DNA from: an uncultured Planctomycetaceae bacterium | Lineage (GTDB): Bacteria; Planctomycetota; Planctomycetia; Planctomycetales; Planctomycetaceae | Direction: 5' to 3' | Assembly: GCA_963815195.1 (NCBI GenBank) | Contig: CAWFGE010000013.1 | Coordinates: 864,001-928,000 of the forward strand | Length of the DNA stretch: 64,000 nt | Shown here: positions 52,895 to 64,000 of the stretch, piece after piece | Layout of the letters: every line of letters begins with the position of its first letter | Numbering within the stretch: position 1 is the first letter of the stretch | Notes under the pieces: generated by a model | Told to the model about the DNA's origin: nothing | The model's input: only the letters and a program-made list of their open reading frames with translations | Databases searched by the model: none | Program-made: the position numbers and the translations under genes

Positions 52895-53080
52895 ATGTCG
52901 AACGCCCCCGAACCCCGCTCGCAGACATCTGTCTCGTCCGCCCATCCCGGCCCGAAGCAAAACCAGAGCCGGCCGGCTTGCCCGGCGTGCGGCGGATCGC
53001 TCGTGGAGTTTCGGCAGAAGTTGCAATGCTCCCGCTGCCATACGATTTGTGAAACCTGTTGCGAAGGCGGCCGGGGTTGA
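52895..53080 (+). CDS. small Cys-rich Zn-ribbon-like protein
   Basis: CPACGG..CSRC..CETCC in 61 aa, 21 bp before the next gene. Confidence 0.6.
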   Translation: MSNAPEPRSQTSVSSAHPGPKQNQSRPACPACGGSLVEFRQKLQCSRCHTICETCCEGGRG

Positions 53081-53101
53081 TCCCCCCGCGGAACAAGGCC
53101 G

Positions 53102-53899
53102 ATGGAAATACGAGCGTTTGCCGAACGGATTCTGTTGGCGGAATCCCTGGACGAAAAGCTCCGCCGGGCGGAAACGGAATGGACGGATGAAAACCCGGGC
53201 GAGCCCTGGCGGCCGGAGATTCCCGCGCGGCCGGCGAATTTGCAGTTTGCCCCGCGACGGCACGCCCCGGCGATGCCCAAGCCCGGGGCCTTTGCCGACC
53301 CGCACAAGCGCGCGGTGGCCCACCACATCATGGCGAATCACGAACTCCAGGCCTGCGAGGTGATGGCGTTTGTGCTCGCGGCCTTCCCGGAGGCTCACGC
53401 CGAGTTTCGCCGGGGTTTGGCCCGCATCATCGACGATGAGCAGCGCCACACGCGAATGCACATGCAGCGGGCGTCGGCGCTCGGAATCGAGTTCGGCGAT
53501 CTGCCGGTGAACTGCTACATCTGGAAAAAAGCCCTCGATTACGAGTGCGTCCTGGATTATCTCGCGGGACTGCCCTTGACCTTCGAGGGCCGGAACCTCG
53601 ACCACACCGTGGAGTTTGCGGAGCTTTTTCAAAACGCCGGCGACGACCGCGGGGCCGCCGTGATGCGCGCCATTCATCAGGACGAGATCGAGCACGTCCG
53701 CTTCGGTTGGGAATGGCTCCGCCGCTTGAAATCCCCCGAGGAAACCGAATGGCAAGCCTACTGCAAGCACCTGCACTGGCCGATGCGTCCGGCCAAAGCC
53801 AAAGGCGAAGTCTTCCAGCGCGCCGCCCGCCAGGCCGCGGGGCTGACGGAGGATTTTCTCGAACACCTCGAACAAGCCGAAGCGGATAATGGCCGGTGA
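53102..53899 (+). CDS. ferritin-like diiron protein, DUF455 family
   Basis: H..ANHELQA, DEQRH, FEGRNLDH, DEIEHVRFG. Confidence 0.85.
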   Translation: MEIRAFAERILLAESLDEKLRRAETEWTDENPGEPWRPEIPARPANLQFAPRRHAPAMPKPGAFADPHKRAVAHHIMANHELQACEVMAFVLAAFPEAHAEFRRGLARIIDDEQRHTRMHMQRASALGIEFGDLPVNCYIWKKALDYECVLDYLAGLPLTFEGRNLDHTVEFAELFQNAGDDRGAAVMRAIHQDEIEHVRFGWEWLRRLKSPEETEWQAYCKHLHWPMRPAKAKGEVFQRAARQAAGLTEDFLEHLEQAEADNGR

Positions 53900-54060
53900 C
53901 TAATGTTCAATTTGAACAAGTTCAAAATGTTCGAGACTCCGATTGCCGGGTTTTGAAAATTCTGCTATCAAGCGGTCTCTAATTGCCATTCTATCTATCG
54001 CCGATCCAGCTTGGCCATCGGTTGGCACGGACGCCAAACGACGAACAGGGAGTGTGATTC

Positions 54061-55458
54061 TTGAGCAATTCGACTCAACACAAGTTGCGGGTTCTGTTTG
54101 TGGATGATGAAGCCGCAATTCGCGAGGTAATGCGGATCGAACTGCCCCGCATGGGTCACGATGTCACCCTCTGCGAAAACGGGGAAGCTGCGCTCGCCGC
54201 CCTGGAAACCCACACGTTCGACGCGGCGATTGTCGACCTCAGGATGCCGGGCCTCAGCGGCTGGGACGTGGTGGATCATCTGAAAAAAGTCTCACCCGAC
54301 ACCGAGTTCATCATCAGCACCGGCCACGGCAACATGGACGAAGCCATCCAAGCCGTCCGCCGCGGGGCTTACGACTTCCTGCCCAAACCTTGCAAACTGT
54401 TTGAAATCGCCAATGTTCTCCAGCGCGTGGGCGACAAGCAGGCCCTCGCCAACAAAGCGATTGCCCTCGAAAACCGCCTGCGGGCCGTGGAAGGTTCGGC
54501 GGATTTGATCGGCAACAGCTCGTCGATGCAGCGGGTCAAAAATCTGATCGAAAAAATCGCCCCCACCGATTCCACGGTGCTGATCTTGGGCGAAACCGGC
54601 ACCGGGAAGGAAATGGTCGCCCGGCGGATTCACGAATCGAGCAACCGCCGCGATGCCCCGTTCGTCGCCGTCAACTGCGGGGCGCTCCCGGAGAACCTCG
54701 TCGAAAGCGAATTCTTCGGCCACCGCAAAGGGGCCTTCACCGGAGCCGACACCCCCCGCAAAGGCCTGTTCGAGGTCGCCAACAGCGGCACGCTGTTCCT
54801 CGACGAATTGGGCGAACTCGATAAATCCATGCAGGTGAAGCTGTTACGGTTTTTGGAATCCGGCGAAATCCGCCGCGTGGGCGAGAACGACGCGTTCCAT
54901 GTCGATGTCCGCATCGTGTGCGCGACGAACCGCGACCTCCAGGACATGGCCGCCGAGGGTCACTTCCGCGAGGACTTAATCTTCCGCGTGAATACCTTTG
55001 AAATTCATCTGCCGCCGCTCAGGGAGCGCAAGGAAGACATTCCGCAGCTCGCCAAGTTCCTGATTGCCCGCTATCTGAAGAAACGGGAAATCCCCGCGGA
55101 TATTCTCAGCCCCGCCGCGATCAATGTGCTCATGAACCACGAATGGACCGGCAACGTGCGGGAATTGGCGAACGCCCTCGAGCATGCGGTGATTCTCTCC
55201 GAGGGCGAAGCGATCCAGCCGGAAGATTTCCCCCGCAGCATCACCCGCCCCGGCGTGAAACCGGGCGGAGGGTTTTCGGTGGTCACCGGATCGCAACCGC
55301 GATCGCTCCGCGAAATCGAGATGGAGGTGATTTTCCAGGTCCTGGAAAAACACGACGGCGACAAACCCAAAGCGGCCGAGGAACTGGGCATCGCGCTCAA
55401 AACGCTCTATAACAAGCTCAACCAATACCAGGCCCGCACCCAATCCAAAGCCGGCTAA
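54061..55458 (+). CDS. sigma-54-dependent response regulator (NtrC family)
   Basis: Receiver domain (VDDE, DLRMP), GETGTGKE, GAFTGA, Fis-type HTH. Confidence 0.95.
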   Translation: MSNSTQHKLRVLFVDDEAAIREVMRIELPRMGHDVTLCENGEAALAALETHTFDAAIVDLRMPGLSGWDVVDHLKKVSPDTEFIISTGHGNMDEAIQAVRRGAYDFLPKPCKLFEIANVLQRVGDKQALANKAIALENRLRAVEGSADLIGNSSSMQRVKNLIEKIAPTDSTVLILGETGTGKEMVARRIHESSNRRDAPFVAVNCGALPENLVESEFFGHRKGAFTGADTPRKGLFEVANSGTLFLDELGELDKSMQVKLLRFLESGEIRRVGENDAFHVDVRIVCATNRDLQDMAAEGHFREDLIFRVNTFEIHLPPLRERKEDIPQLAKFLIARYLKKREIPADILSPAAINVLMNHEWTGNVRELANALEHAVILSEGEAIQPEDFPRSITRPGVKPGGGFSVVTGSQPRSLREIEMEVIFQVLEKHDGDKPKAAEELGIALKTLYNKLNQYQARTQSKAG

Positions 55459-55481
55459 ACCGCGGTGTTAAAGAATTTGTG

Positions 55482-55605
55482 CTCTTTCACCTTCACGATT
55501 GGCTGAACCGGCAGTTCGACGAAAAACGCGTCGAACCGAACTCGGCCTTCGGCACCGCGATCAACTATCTCCTCCGGCACTGGGAAAAGCTGACGCGGTT
55601 CTTGC
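55482..55605 (+). mobile_element. IS66-family transposase remnant
   Basis: LHDWLNRQFDEKRVEPNSAFGTAINYLLRHWEKLTRFL resembles the TnpC segment just before the DNN motif; both ends missing. Confidence 0.7.
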
Positions 55606-55633
55606 GAAGTCAGATCAGGCTTTTGGGCTGCTT

Positions 55634-58205
55634 TTACTTCGCTTCGCGCAGTGTTGGCTCACCCCTCGTGCGGTAGAGAAACGCATCCGAGGTAAGCAGT
55701 GACACGAGCAGGGCTTTCATGCTGCCGCCGCTGTCTTTGTAAGCCCGATACGCTTCCTGGAGAACGGGCCCGTCGTTGAGGGTTTCATTGCGGCCCATCC
55801 AAAAACGGAAGGCGTGGCGGACGAAGACCTGCTCGGCGCGTTCGCTCTCCGCGAGTTTCTGAATCATCTCAATGGCGTTCGCGACCTTGCCGTCGAGTTC
55901 GGGAACGCCGGAAGCGATGATCTCACCCGTGGCGTCGACGGGTTTGTCGAGTTCTGTCTCTCGATACAGGCCCGCGTGGTTGTACATTTCGAACGGCAGC
56001 CCCAGGGGATCCATCTTCTTGTGACACGTCCAGCAATAGGTTTCTCGGGTGACCCGCATGCGTTCGCGCAGCGTGTTCTCAGGCTCGTCGGGCAGCATCG
56101 CATCCACGGTGATCGGCACATCGGGAATGCCGCCGCCCAGCAGCCGTTCGCGAATCCACCGGCCGCGCCGGATGGCGTGGTTGTCCATCGCATCCGAATG
56201 GGAAACGAGCCAGCTCGGATGCGTGAGAATGCCCAGCCGTTGACCTTGGGGCGCTGTGGCCAGAATACGTTCTGGTGTCATCGACCCGTTGCCGAAGCTC
56301 CGCCGACTCACGCGGGCGTAGATCCTCGGCCCCGAAAGATCAGCCCCGGCCACGCTGTCGTTTTCGTTCGTTCGCCGCCCCTGCTTCTTTGCTGCTGCTA
56401 GCTGTTTCTTTTTTTGCTGCGAGCGCCCGCTGCGTCGCCCTTTGTTCCGGGTTCGCCTTCAACCTGGCCTCGAGTTCTGCAATCTCTTTCTCCGCCGCCT
56501 CGAGTTCGGCGGCTTCTTTCTTCGCCGCCGCTTCCGCAGCCTTCTTTGCCTCAGCCACAGCCGCCTGTCTCTCTTCCCTGGTGCGTTTTTTACCGAAATA
56601 GACAGTGTCCGTCTTGGTGGCCACGATCTTGTCGGTCGTCAGCAATTGCTTGAAGACATCCTTGTCTTCCTGCAGGATGAGTTCAATCAGACGATCGGTG
56701 CTTGCGGTGGCATCGAACATGGCGCGATAGTGTGATGTGCCCCTTGTGCTTACGCCCGTTTCCGCCAGGGCTTTTGAGTCCTTGCAGATAGAACCGCCCC
56801 GGTCGTAATCGAAGTAATCGCGGAAGAACTGGAGCACCCGCGGCTTGCGGATGCTTTCCTCATGGAGCATGCGTTCGACTTCGCGCTTCACGTCCTCCCG
56901 AGTCCGCATCCGCCCTTGGGCGATTGCCTTTCGCAGCTCTTCGTCCGGCTTGATGTATCCGAGCGCGTGGTTGACCGCCAGGCCCAGTTCCCAGTCCTGG
57001 AGCATGACGCGTCCATAGCGATCCGGCTCGCCGTTCTCGGCCAGTTCCGGTCTGAAGAGTGCGTCGCGATCGAGAAAGACGGCGGACAGGCCGAGAACGG
57101 CGCCGTCTTCCTTGCCGAGCTTCTCGATGGACTGTTTGACGATCGCCAGGTAGGCGTCCGATTCCGTTTTGCTCGGAGGGCGGAAAGTCAGGGCTTCAAA
57201 GAGGTGGTCGACCGCAGCGCGTAAACGCTCATCGGTGACACCGTCTTCTTTCATCAGGTCATAGACCGGCGTCAGCGGACGCATGACCTTCGTGCTGTAG
57301 ACGAGACTCGTGGGCAGACCGCGAATATCCCCTTCCATCTTGTAGGAATTGGGATCGTCGGTGATCTGTTCCGGGTCGGCGATACTCAGCGGGCCGTAGG
57401 CCATGTAGCGAATGATGTCCTGAGCAATGCTCATGATCTGCGTCGCTTCCGCGCTGTTAACCGTGTAGAAGTCGGGGTAGTTCTCCAGCCCATGATCGCG
57501 CGCCGACGACAGGACCGCGGGGACGCTCTTGACTGCCGTGGCATAGGCCACGGTCCCGCCCTGCCATTTGATGATGCGATCCGTACCGAAGTAGAGCTTG
57601 AGTTCCCCGCCGTGGTTAGTGGGAACCGCATCGCCATGCGTGCGCAGCCCCGGCTTTTGCGGATCGAATGCTGGTTCCTTATTGATCAATTCGTTGAGGC
57701 GCGTGATGTGTTCCTGGGGAGTCACCCGCCAAATGCGGGCTGGCGAAGACGGGGGCACGAGTTTGATGCCATCCGGCAGCGGGCCGAAGAGCAGGTGATG
57801 ATCCACGAAATTGCCCTTGTTCGGATCGAGATGGGCCGTGAAGCCGCCCTTGTCACGCATGACACGCGAGAGTTCACCGACAATCCAGTCGGAAAACTGC
57901 AACCGCTCGACAACCGCTGGCTGCGGCATGTCCTCGGGCGGCATCTCCTTCAAGGTGACTTGAGCCCAGACCGCCTTCCAGGTGGCGGCGTTGATTTCAT
58001 CCACCGGTCCCAGCTCATTCAGCGAGAGATCGCCCTCGGGATCTGTCTTGCCATGACAGTCCACGCAATATTTCGCAAAAAACGGCCCGGCCAGGCTCTT
58101 GAAGTCTTTGTTGATCTTCTGCCCGGGGGTATAAGTCTCGGCGTTTGCCATGGACAGCAAGCCCGCCAAGATCATCATTCCCAATAAAAATCGGACCATG
58201 CTCAT
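55634..58205 (-). CDS. DUF1592/DUF1588/DUF1585-type planctomycete cytochrome protein (frameshift in A-run near 56410)
   Basis: Signal peptide, [46 protein letters not shown]. Confidence 0.85.
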
Positions 58206-59521
58206 ACCAGCAGTTCCTTGAGGGGGCCGGTGCTGTCATCGAACTTGCCGGCCATTTTGTCGTCCATGTTGAATCGGTCGCAGCGAACGCCGGCGGCACG
58301 CAAGAGCGTCGTGTATAGCGCATTGACGGGCCGCCTGCCGTCCAGTTGCGTGAAACAACCGGTTTTGAATGTCCCGTCGAAGTTGCCCAGCAGCATGACC
58401 GGCCAATTGGCACCGTTGGTGTGTTGCTTGTCCGCGTTGTTGCTGGTGTAGACGATCAGCGTGTGGTCCATCATCGTGCCGCTGCCTTCGGGCACGCTTT
58501 CCAGAGCCTCCATAATCCGCACCAGCATGCGGCTGTTGTACTGACGGATTTTGATCCAGATCGGGTTGCCGGGCTGCTTCATGTGCCCGAGATTGTGGCC
58601 CTGTTGTTCAACGCCCAGTCCCTTCCAGGCACCGAAGATCTCGCCACGCCCCGAACCGATGGTCAGCGTGTTCGTAACCCCCGACGTGATCGCCGAGATG
58701 CCGAGATCCAGCAGCACATCGTGCCAGTCGGTTTCGAATTCCGGTTTGGTGTATCGCTCATCCACCTTGGGCGCGAACTTCCGCAAATGATCGGCCACTG
58801 TGTCGAGGCGATCGCGCAGGCCGTTGACCTCCTTGAAGCCCTCGACGTATTGACCATAGCGCTTTTGGTCCACGGTCGGAAGCGATCGGCCTTTTGCGGC
58901 AGCCAGTGTTTCGATCTGATTCAACACGTTCGATTGGGCTTCGTGTTGGCGCCTGATATCGCCTGTGGAAATGCCGCCGTAGAGCATCTGATAGAGATGA
59001 TTCGGATTCGAATGCATGAAGATCGGCTGCCCGGCGCCGCTGGCCGACAGCGTCGCAATCGTGGGCTTGGTCGTCATGTTCTCAATCGAGTCCATGCCGA
59101 TGCACAAATGAGGCAGAAGCGTCTGCGGCAGGACTTGGCTCAGTTCATAGTCGATCGTCGATGCACTCGGAGGCACGCCGTCCCCGCCGCGATAGCCGCC
59201 GAGCGCCCCGAAGAAGGCGCTGTGCGACGGGCTTGTGTGCATGCCATGCAGGCCGTTGATGATGTGCAGCCGTTCCTTGAAAGGTTCGAGAGCACTGATC
59301 GGCTCGGGAAGTTTGGCTTTCGCCAGCGAGCCGCTGCTGTGCATCCCTTCTGGAATACACGTCTGCGGATCGAAGCCCTGGTTCTGCATGAAGAAAACAA
59401 CCCGCTTCGGGGTCGTGTTGCTGGTGGGCGAGGCCAAGAGACGCTCGGGAAAAAGCGAGACGCCAAGCGCGGCACCGGCACCGGCTGCCATTCCTTGGAG
59501 CATCTTTCTGCGGTTGAGCAT
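58202..59521 (-). CDS. DUF1552-family Tat-exported protein
   Basis: LNRRKMLQ Tat signal; [29 protein letters not shown]; stop overlaps the next start. Confidence 0.85.
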   Translation of the reverse strand: MLNRRKMLQGMAAGAGAALGVSLFPERLLASPTSNTTPKRVVFFMQNQGFDPQTCIPEGMHSSGSLAKAKLPEPISALEPFKERLHIINGLHGMHTSPSHSAFFGALGGYRGGDGVPPSASTIDYELSQVLPQTLLPHLCIGMDSIENMTTKPTIATLSASGAGQPIFMHSNPNHLYQMLYGGISTGDIRRQHEAQSNVLNQIETLAAAKGRSLPTVDQKRYGQYVEGFKEVNGLRDRLDTVADHLRKFAPKVDERYTKPEFETDWHDVLLDLGISAITSGVTNTLTIGSGRGEIFGAWKGLGVEQQGHNLGHMKQPGNPIWIKIRQYNSRMLVRIMEALESVPEGSGTMMDHTLIVYTSNNADKQHTNGANWPVMLLGNFDGTFKTGCFTQLDGRRPVNALYTTLLRAAGVRCDRFNMDDKMAGKFDDSTGPLKELLV

Positions 59522-60045
59522 GATCGATCTTTCGATAAGGTTAAAGGTCAATGGGCGCTTATCTGTGTCCGATAGGACCGGTTGAGATCCCGACAGCATT
59601 CGCTGCATTCCGCAACGCGTTTTGTATTTGGGGGCGATAAAAGCGGCCGGCAAGGGTGGGTCGAAATCGGGGGTTTCGTTTGACTATAAAGATAGATGCT
59701 TGATGCATGGCATTTATTTTATGGGAATCGGGAATTCCGATTCAACCCGCCCCAGAAAATCGACGCAACCAAATGCGTGTAACTGGGTTATGGCCGATGG
59801 TTCATCTCGCGAATTTCCGAGAATGTCAGAATGTCGAACATTCGTTGACCTTCCGAGGCGTTCTGCTGCGAGCACCAATTCTCGCCATGCCGGCACATTG
59901 TCTTGGAAATACTCATCGTGACTGCTTCTGCGTCAATTAAAGCCGATGCCTCTTTCAACGAATTCGAAGCAGTCGGGGCGAGTGTGCCGGCCGGTTGTTT
60001 TGGGGAGAGCATCCTCCCGGTCCCAATCGATCGGCCGAGCCGGGC

Positions 60046-60548
60046 CTATTGAGACTTCGCCTTGATCTTGTCAAGCTCTCGCAAGTCGGCATTCGCGGCT
60101 TCGTGGTTGCCGCTTTTTTCATTCGCGAGCAAGCGGATTCTCAAGCCATCCTCGTCGCCCGGCGCATGCGTAAGAAGGTGGTTGCATCCGAGATTGCCGC
60201 GTCATAGTTCGCCTGGGCTAAATACACGCTTCCTCGCTCGCGGTAGGCGGGGGCGTAGTCCGCATCGAGCTTGATCGCCTGGGTCAAATCCTCCTCGGCT
60301 TTTTGGTAATCCTTCGTGTTCAACCGCGCCAAGCCCCTCAGCCACAACGCGTCCACGTTTTTCGGCTCCAGTTCGAGGGCCTGGCTGGAGAGATCGATGG
60401 CGGCTTCGAAGTCTTTCTTGCCGACTGCCTCGTTGGCCTTCAGCCGCAGGTCGGAGGCAGTTTTCGCGGTGTCGGCCTGTTTTGTCGAGCAGCCGGGCAG
60501 ACAGAGGGCGAGGACCAGCCAACAGAACGACGGGGATGGATGCGTCAC
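60046..60548 (-). CDS. TPR-repeat lipoprotein (frameshift near 60165)
   Basis: Lipobox LPGC, about 3 TPR motifs; continues in another frame PGDEDGLRIRLLA..KAKSQ*. Confidence 0.8.
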
Positions 60549-60755
60549 TTCTTCAGCCTCCTGTAGGAAGAGTAGGAAGATTCTGCCGATCGTGCGAGCC
60601 GCCCGTAGGCGAGCCGATGCATGGATTGGAAGGTGTTGAATTGTAGCTCAAGCGCAAATCCTCTTCAAACAAGGGCGACGCCCCGTCGTTTTCCGAGGAA
60701 GCTTGAGGCGATCGCGGTCTTGAAATTTCCGCCGACCTTCGAATGGCGCGCTCAA

Positions 60756-61667
60756 TCAGGAGCCTTCCGCGCGTTTGCCTTTTTGGTAGAGTTCTTCCAT
60801 TTCGATGAGCGTCACGTCCGCGAGTTGTTTGCCCCGGGCGGCGACTTGTTGCTCGATGAACCGAAACCGCGCGGCGAATTTTTCGTTGCTGCTTCGCAGA
60901 GCCTCTTCCGGATTCACGCCCCAGCGGCGGGCGATATTTGCGATCACGAACAGCACATCGCCGATCTCGCTTTCGACGCGGGCCAGCCGCTCGGCGTCGG
61001 CGACCGGCTCGTCCGGAGTGACCTCCGCATCCACCCGGGCGGGCATCTCGGGAATCTCGCCGTTCTCGAAGAGTTCCTCGGCCAGCTCTTCGATTTCCTC
61101 GCGGAGCTTGTCGAACAGCATCGCCCGGTGCGGAAAGTCGTAGCCCGCGCGGGCCGCCTTTTTGGTGATCCGGGCCGCACGGGCCAACTGCGGCAGCGCC
61201 CGGGGAACGCCCTCCAAAATGGATTCGCGGGATTTCTCCTCCTGCTTGATGCGGTCCCAGTTTCGCGAGACATCCTCCTTGGATTGGACCGGCGTTTCCG
61301 CAAACACGTGCGGGTGCCGGCGAATCATTTTTTCGGAAATGACGCCGATCACATCGATCAAATCGAACCGGCCCTCGTCCGCCGCGATTTGCGCGTCCAG
61401 CACGATTTGCAGCAGCAGATCCCCGAGTTCTTCGACGATGGCCTTATCGTCGCCGGCGTCGATCGCTTCCAGAAGCTCGTAAGTTTCTTCGAGCGTGTAA
61501 GGTTTGATGGTCTCCAAAGTTTGCTCGCGGTCCCAGGGGCAGCCTTCGGGAGAGCGAAGCTTCGCAATGATTTCGCAAAACCGGCCAAACGCGGGCAGCA
61601 ACCGCTCCGCATCCGGCGGCCGGCCCATGTTGTTCTCGGGGGAAAGAGGATCGCGGTCGTCAGTCAT
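60756..61667 (-). CDS. mazG: nucleoside triphosphate pyrophosphohydrolase MazG
   Basis: [38 protein letters not shown]. Confidence 0.95.
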   Translation of the reverse strand: MTDDRDPLSPENNMGRPPDAERLLPAFGRFCEIIAKLRSPEGCPWDREQTLETIKPYTLEETYELLEAIDAGDDKAIVEELGDLLLQIVLDAQIAADEGRFDLIDVIGVISEKMIRRHPHVFAETPVQSKEDVSRNWDRIKQEEKSRESILEGVPRALPQLARAARITKKAARAGYDFPHRAMLFDKLREEIEELAEELFENGEIPEMPARVDAEVTPDEPVADAERLARVESEIGDVLFVIANIARRWGVNPEEALRSSNEKFAARFRFIEQQVAARGKQLADVTLIEMEELYQKGKRAEGS

Positions 61668-61824
61668 CGGGGCACGCCTTGCCATCTGGCAGTGAAAAAA
61701 GTGAAACTGTCTCCAGCCGCCTCCCGGTCGGCGAAAGTGCATCGAACGCCGCAAACGATCCGCGCCGAGGCATCACTCCCGGCCGCGTTATGGGGCTCAA
61801 CGTTGGCGACTTGATCGAAGATCC

Positions 61825-63894
61825 TTAGCGGCCGCCGAAGACGGGGATTCGCCCGTCAATGCCGACGCCCCAGGGCTCGGCGCCTGCGGGAATCGCTCCG
61901 ATGTCCGGTTTGCCTTGGTCCGCCTTGCGGAGCGGGTCGGGCCATTGTTCCGGGAGGACGAGCCCCGCATCGATCGCCGAGCTACCTGCGGACAGCCGCA
62001 GATCCGCGGGCTGGTTTGGGTCGTCCGTCAATCGGACGAATTTCGGGTCGGCGACGAGGTCGGTCATGGTCCAGCCGGGCTCATAGAACCGCCGGCTGTC
62101 GTTGAACAACGGCGACTTGCGGAGCCGGGCGAACGGGTCCGCTTTGCCCGCCGGTCCTTCTTTCAGTCCCCACAGCAGATTGCCGCCCTCGCGGAGCGGA
62201 AACGCCTGTTTGCCGAGGATCACCGCGCCGGGAACGCCCTCGGCTTGGGCGAACAGGTTGTTGAACGCGTCCCGCTCCGTCTGGCGGAGGCCCACGGCTC
62301 CCAGGCCGAACAAGAAGTAATTGCGGAACACCGGCTCCCGGCGGAGGAACGTGTTGTGATACACCCGCATCACCGGAAAAATCGGGCCGCCGTGATCGCT
62401 GATGAGATGCCCCTCGTGATGCAGAAACGCCCCGCTGGGATCCGCCTCTCTCGGCAAGCCGTAATACACGCCCGCCCGCTGGTCGAATATGTTGCGATAG
62501 ACGGTGACGCCCGTGTCGGGATCGTGCCCGGCCGGCGATTCGTCCGGGGCGATTTCGTGCTGCTGGAACACGCCCAGGCACGCCCCGATGCGGTTATGAT
62601 GAACATAGATCGAATGCCAGCGGAGCTTCGCCCCGCACTCCAGGCCGTCGTCGTTGAAATTGTCCACGAAATTATGATGGAACCTTAAATTCTTAACGTA
62701 GCGGAAGAACGCGAAATCGTGGTCGTCGGTGAACTCGCTGTGGTCGAACTCGATGTCCTCGTTCACCGGCTGCCCGTTTTGAAGCACGATCTGATACGTC
62801 GGCGTGCCGCGGTATTTCATGTGGGCCCGCCCCGACCAGGGCGCTGCGAGTCCGCGAAAGGCCGAGTTCGTCACGCGGAGATGCTGCGAGGCGTTGACCA
62901 GAAGGCCCGGGAATCCGCCAAACACCGTGAGGCGGTCGAGATCGATATTCTCGGAGCCGTAGATTTCGATCATCGGACTACCCGTCGCCCCGCGAAACAC
63001 CAGTCCCTGGATGCGGACGTGCCCGATGCCGTTGATCCGCAGCACATCGTCGCCGAATCCAACGGCCACAATCAACGGCAGCTTCCGCGGATCGGTCTCG
63101 CCGCGATAAGCCCGTTCGCCCAACCCCGGCAACGTGTGATGGGCCAGGCGGATGTGAATGCGGTTCGTTTCGCGGTTGAACCACAACCCCGGCCCGCAAT
63201 AAACCGCGCCTTCCTGTTTGCTCTGCGGCGAAAACTCGTTGGCGGAGCGGAGATCCTCGATCGTGCGGTAGCCATGCAAGGGAACCATGGAGTCGGCGAA
63301 GTGCCCGAGCGCGATCGGCCGCTGATCTTCGATGCCCCACAACGGCTCCCACGAGCCGGGCAGAAACTGGTGCGGCGTGCGCCGGTCCGCGGCGCCGGGA
63401 TACGTTTTTGTGGAAACATATTCGCCCGGGGCCCCGTCTTTTGCGGGCTGCCAGCTCTCGGCGGGCGATTCGAAAAACTCCCGCAGCCCGCCGTCTAGTA
63501 CCGGCTGCTCTCCCGGATAGGCGGAGATGATGATCGGCGAGTCTTCCGTGCCGGAGCGGGTCAAATAGACTTTTTCGTAATAGGTTCCGCCGCGAAGGTA
63601 AAGCGTCTCGCCGGGCTTGAGCTGGCGAACGCTATGTTGCAGGGTTTTCCAGGGCTTTTCGCGGGAGCCGTCGTTGGCATCGTCGCCCATCGTCGGATCG
63701 ACGAAATACGCGGGCACGGAAATCGCTTCGCTTTTCGCCGCTCGAGGCAAAGGCCGCTGGGGCGGATGGGACAACCCCTTCGCATCCGCGGCCCAAGCCT
63801 TCGCCGCCCCGAACATCACCAAGGCGATTCCCAATGGGAGAAGATAATAGCCACGCGAAGCGTTTCTCAGGCCGATCCAGCGAAACATACCCAT
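61825..63894 (-). CDS. secreted right-handed beta-helix (DUF1565-like) protein
   Basis: YFVDP..GDDANDGSREKPWKTL, LYLRGGTY, YRN/HNT repeats, PDIGA. Confidence 0.8.
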   Translation of the reverse strand: MGMFRWIGLRNASRGYYLLPLGIALVMFGAAKAWAADAKGLSHPPQRPLPRAAKSEAISVPAYFVDPTMGDDANDGSREKPWKTLQHSVRQLKPGETLYLRGGTYYEKVYLTRSGTEDSPIIISAYPGEQPVLDGGLREFFESPAESWQPAKDGAPGEYVSTKTYPGAADRRTPHQFLPGSWEPLWGIEDQRPIALGHFADSMVPLHGYRTIEDLRSANEFSPQSKQEGAVYCGPGLWFNRETNRIHIRLAHHTLPGLGERAYRGETDPRKLPLIVAVGFGDDVLRINGIGHVRIQGLVFRGATGSPMIEIYGSENIDLDRLTVFGGFPGLLVNASQHLRVTNSAFRGLAAPWSGRAHMKYRGTPTYQIVLQNGQPVNEDIEFDHSEFTDDHDFAFFRYVKNLRFHHNFVDNFNDDGLECGAKLRWHSIYVHHNRIGACLGVFQQHEIAPDESPAGHDPDTGVTVYRNIFDQRAGVYYGLPREADPSGAFLHHEGHLISDHGGPIFPVMRVYHNTFLRREPVFRNYFLFGLGAVGLRQTERDAFNNLFAQAEGVPGAVILGKQAFPLREGGNLLWGLKEGPAGKADPFARLRKSPLFNDSRRFYEPGWTMTDLVADPKFVRLTDDPNQPADLRLSAGSSAIDAGLVLPEQWPDPLRKADQGKPDIGAIPAGAEPWGVGIDGRIPVFGGR

Positions 63895-64000
63895 AACAAC
63901 TCCCCTGCGGTTGTGCGAGATCAAAGAGGCGCGGTGAAAAATGGACCAACGGATTGAGGGGCTTTATGATACCCTGCGTCCCAACCGATCGCGATGCTGA

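Noticed and set aside
54022..54040. TGGCACG upstream of the NtrC-family gene
   Set aside because: No -12 TTGC element at the right distance
59654..60045. Short ORFs and a palindrome (GAATCGGGAATTCCGATTC) upstream of the DUF1552 gene
   Set aside because: No recognisable protein or RNA motif; nothing supportable beyond a probable promoter region
60141..60143. TGA ending the TPR ORF as a possible selenocysteine or readthrough codon
   Set aside because: The protein continues sensibly in another frame, so it is a frameshift

Overview
GC-rich (by eye) bacterial chromosome segment. The gene content (PVC-type dehydrogenase/ThuA protein, DUF1552/DUF1588 pair, prenyltransferase-repeat protein, planctomycete-type cytochromes) points to a planctomycete. 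It holds about 48 genes: a membrane-arm-only complex I cluster (nuoH-J-K-L-M-N), a complete Na+-type N-ATPase operon (atpDCQRBEFAG), a Mn/Fe/Zn ABC transporter whose two permeases both end in DtxR-like domains, hemH, rhaA, nrdR, tatD, mazG, a GAF-GAF-PAS adenylate cyclase behind a PSP1/YaaT gene, a Ser/Thr kinase with two FHA domains, an NtrC-family regulator, and an IS66 remnant next to a DUF1552/DUF1588 cassette. About 15 small frameshifts, some in housekeeping genes, look like long-read sequencing errors. The non-coding DNA carries several REP-like palindrome families (three nested inside outer inverted repeats, one with a TAA target duplication), three phased NrdR-box-like sites upstream of nrdR, and a twin 13-bp operator/hairpin over the metal-transporter start codon. 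No tRNA, rRNA or CRISPR array was recognised. All family calls come from motif recognition by eye, not from database searches.
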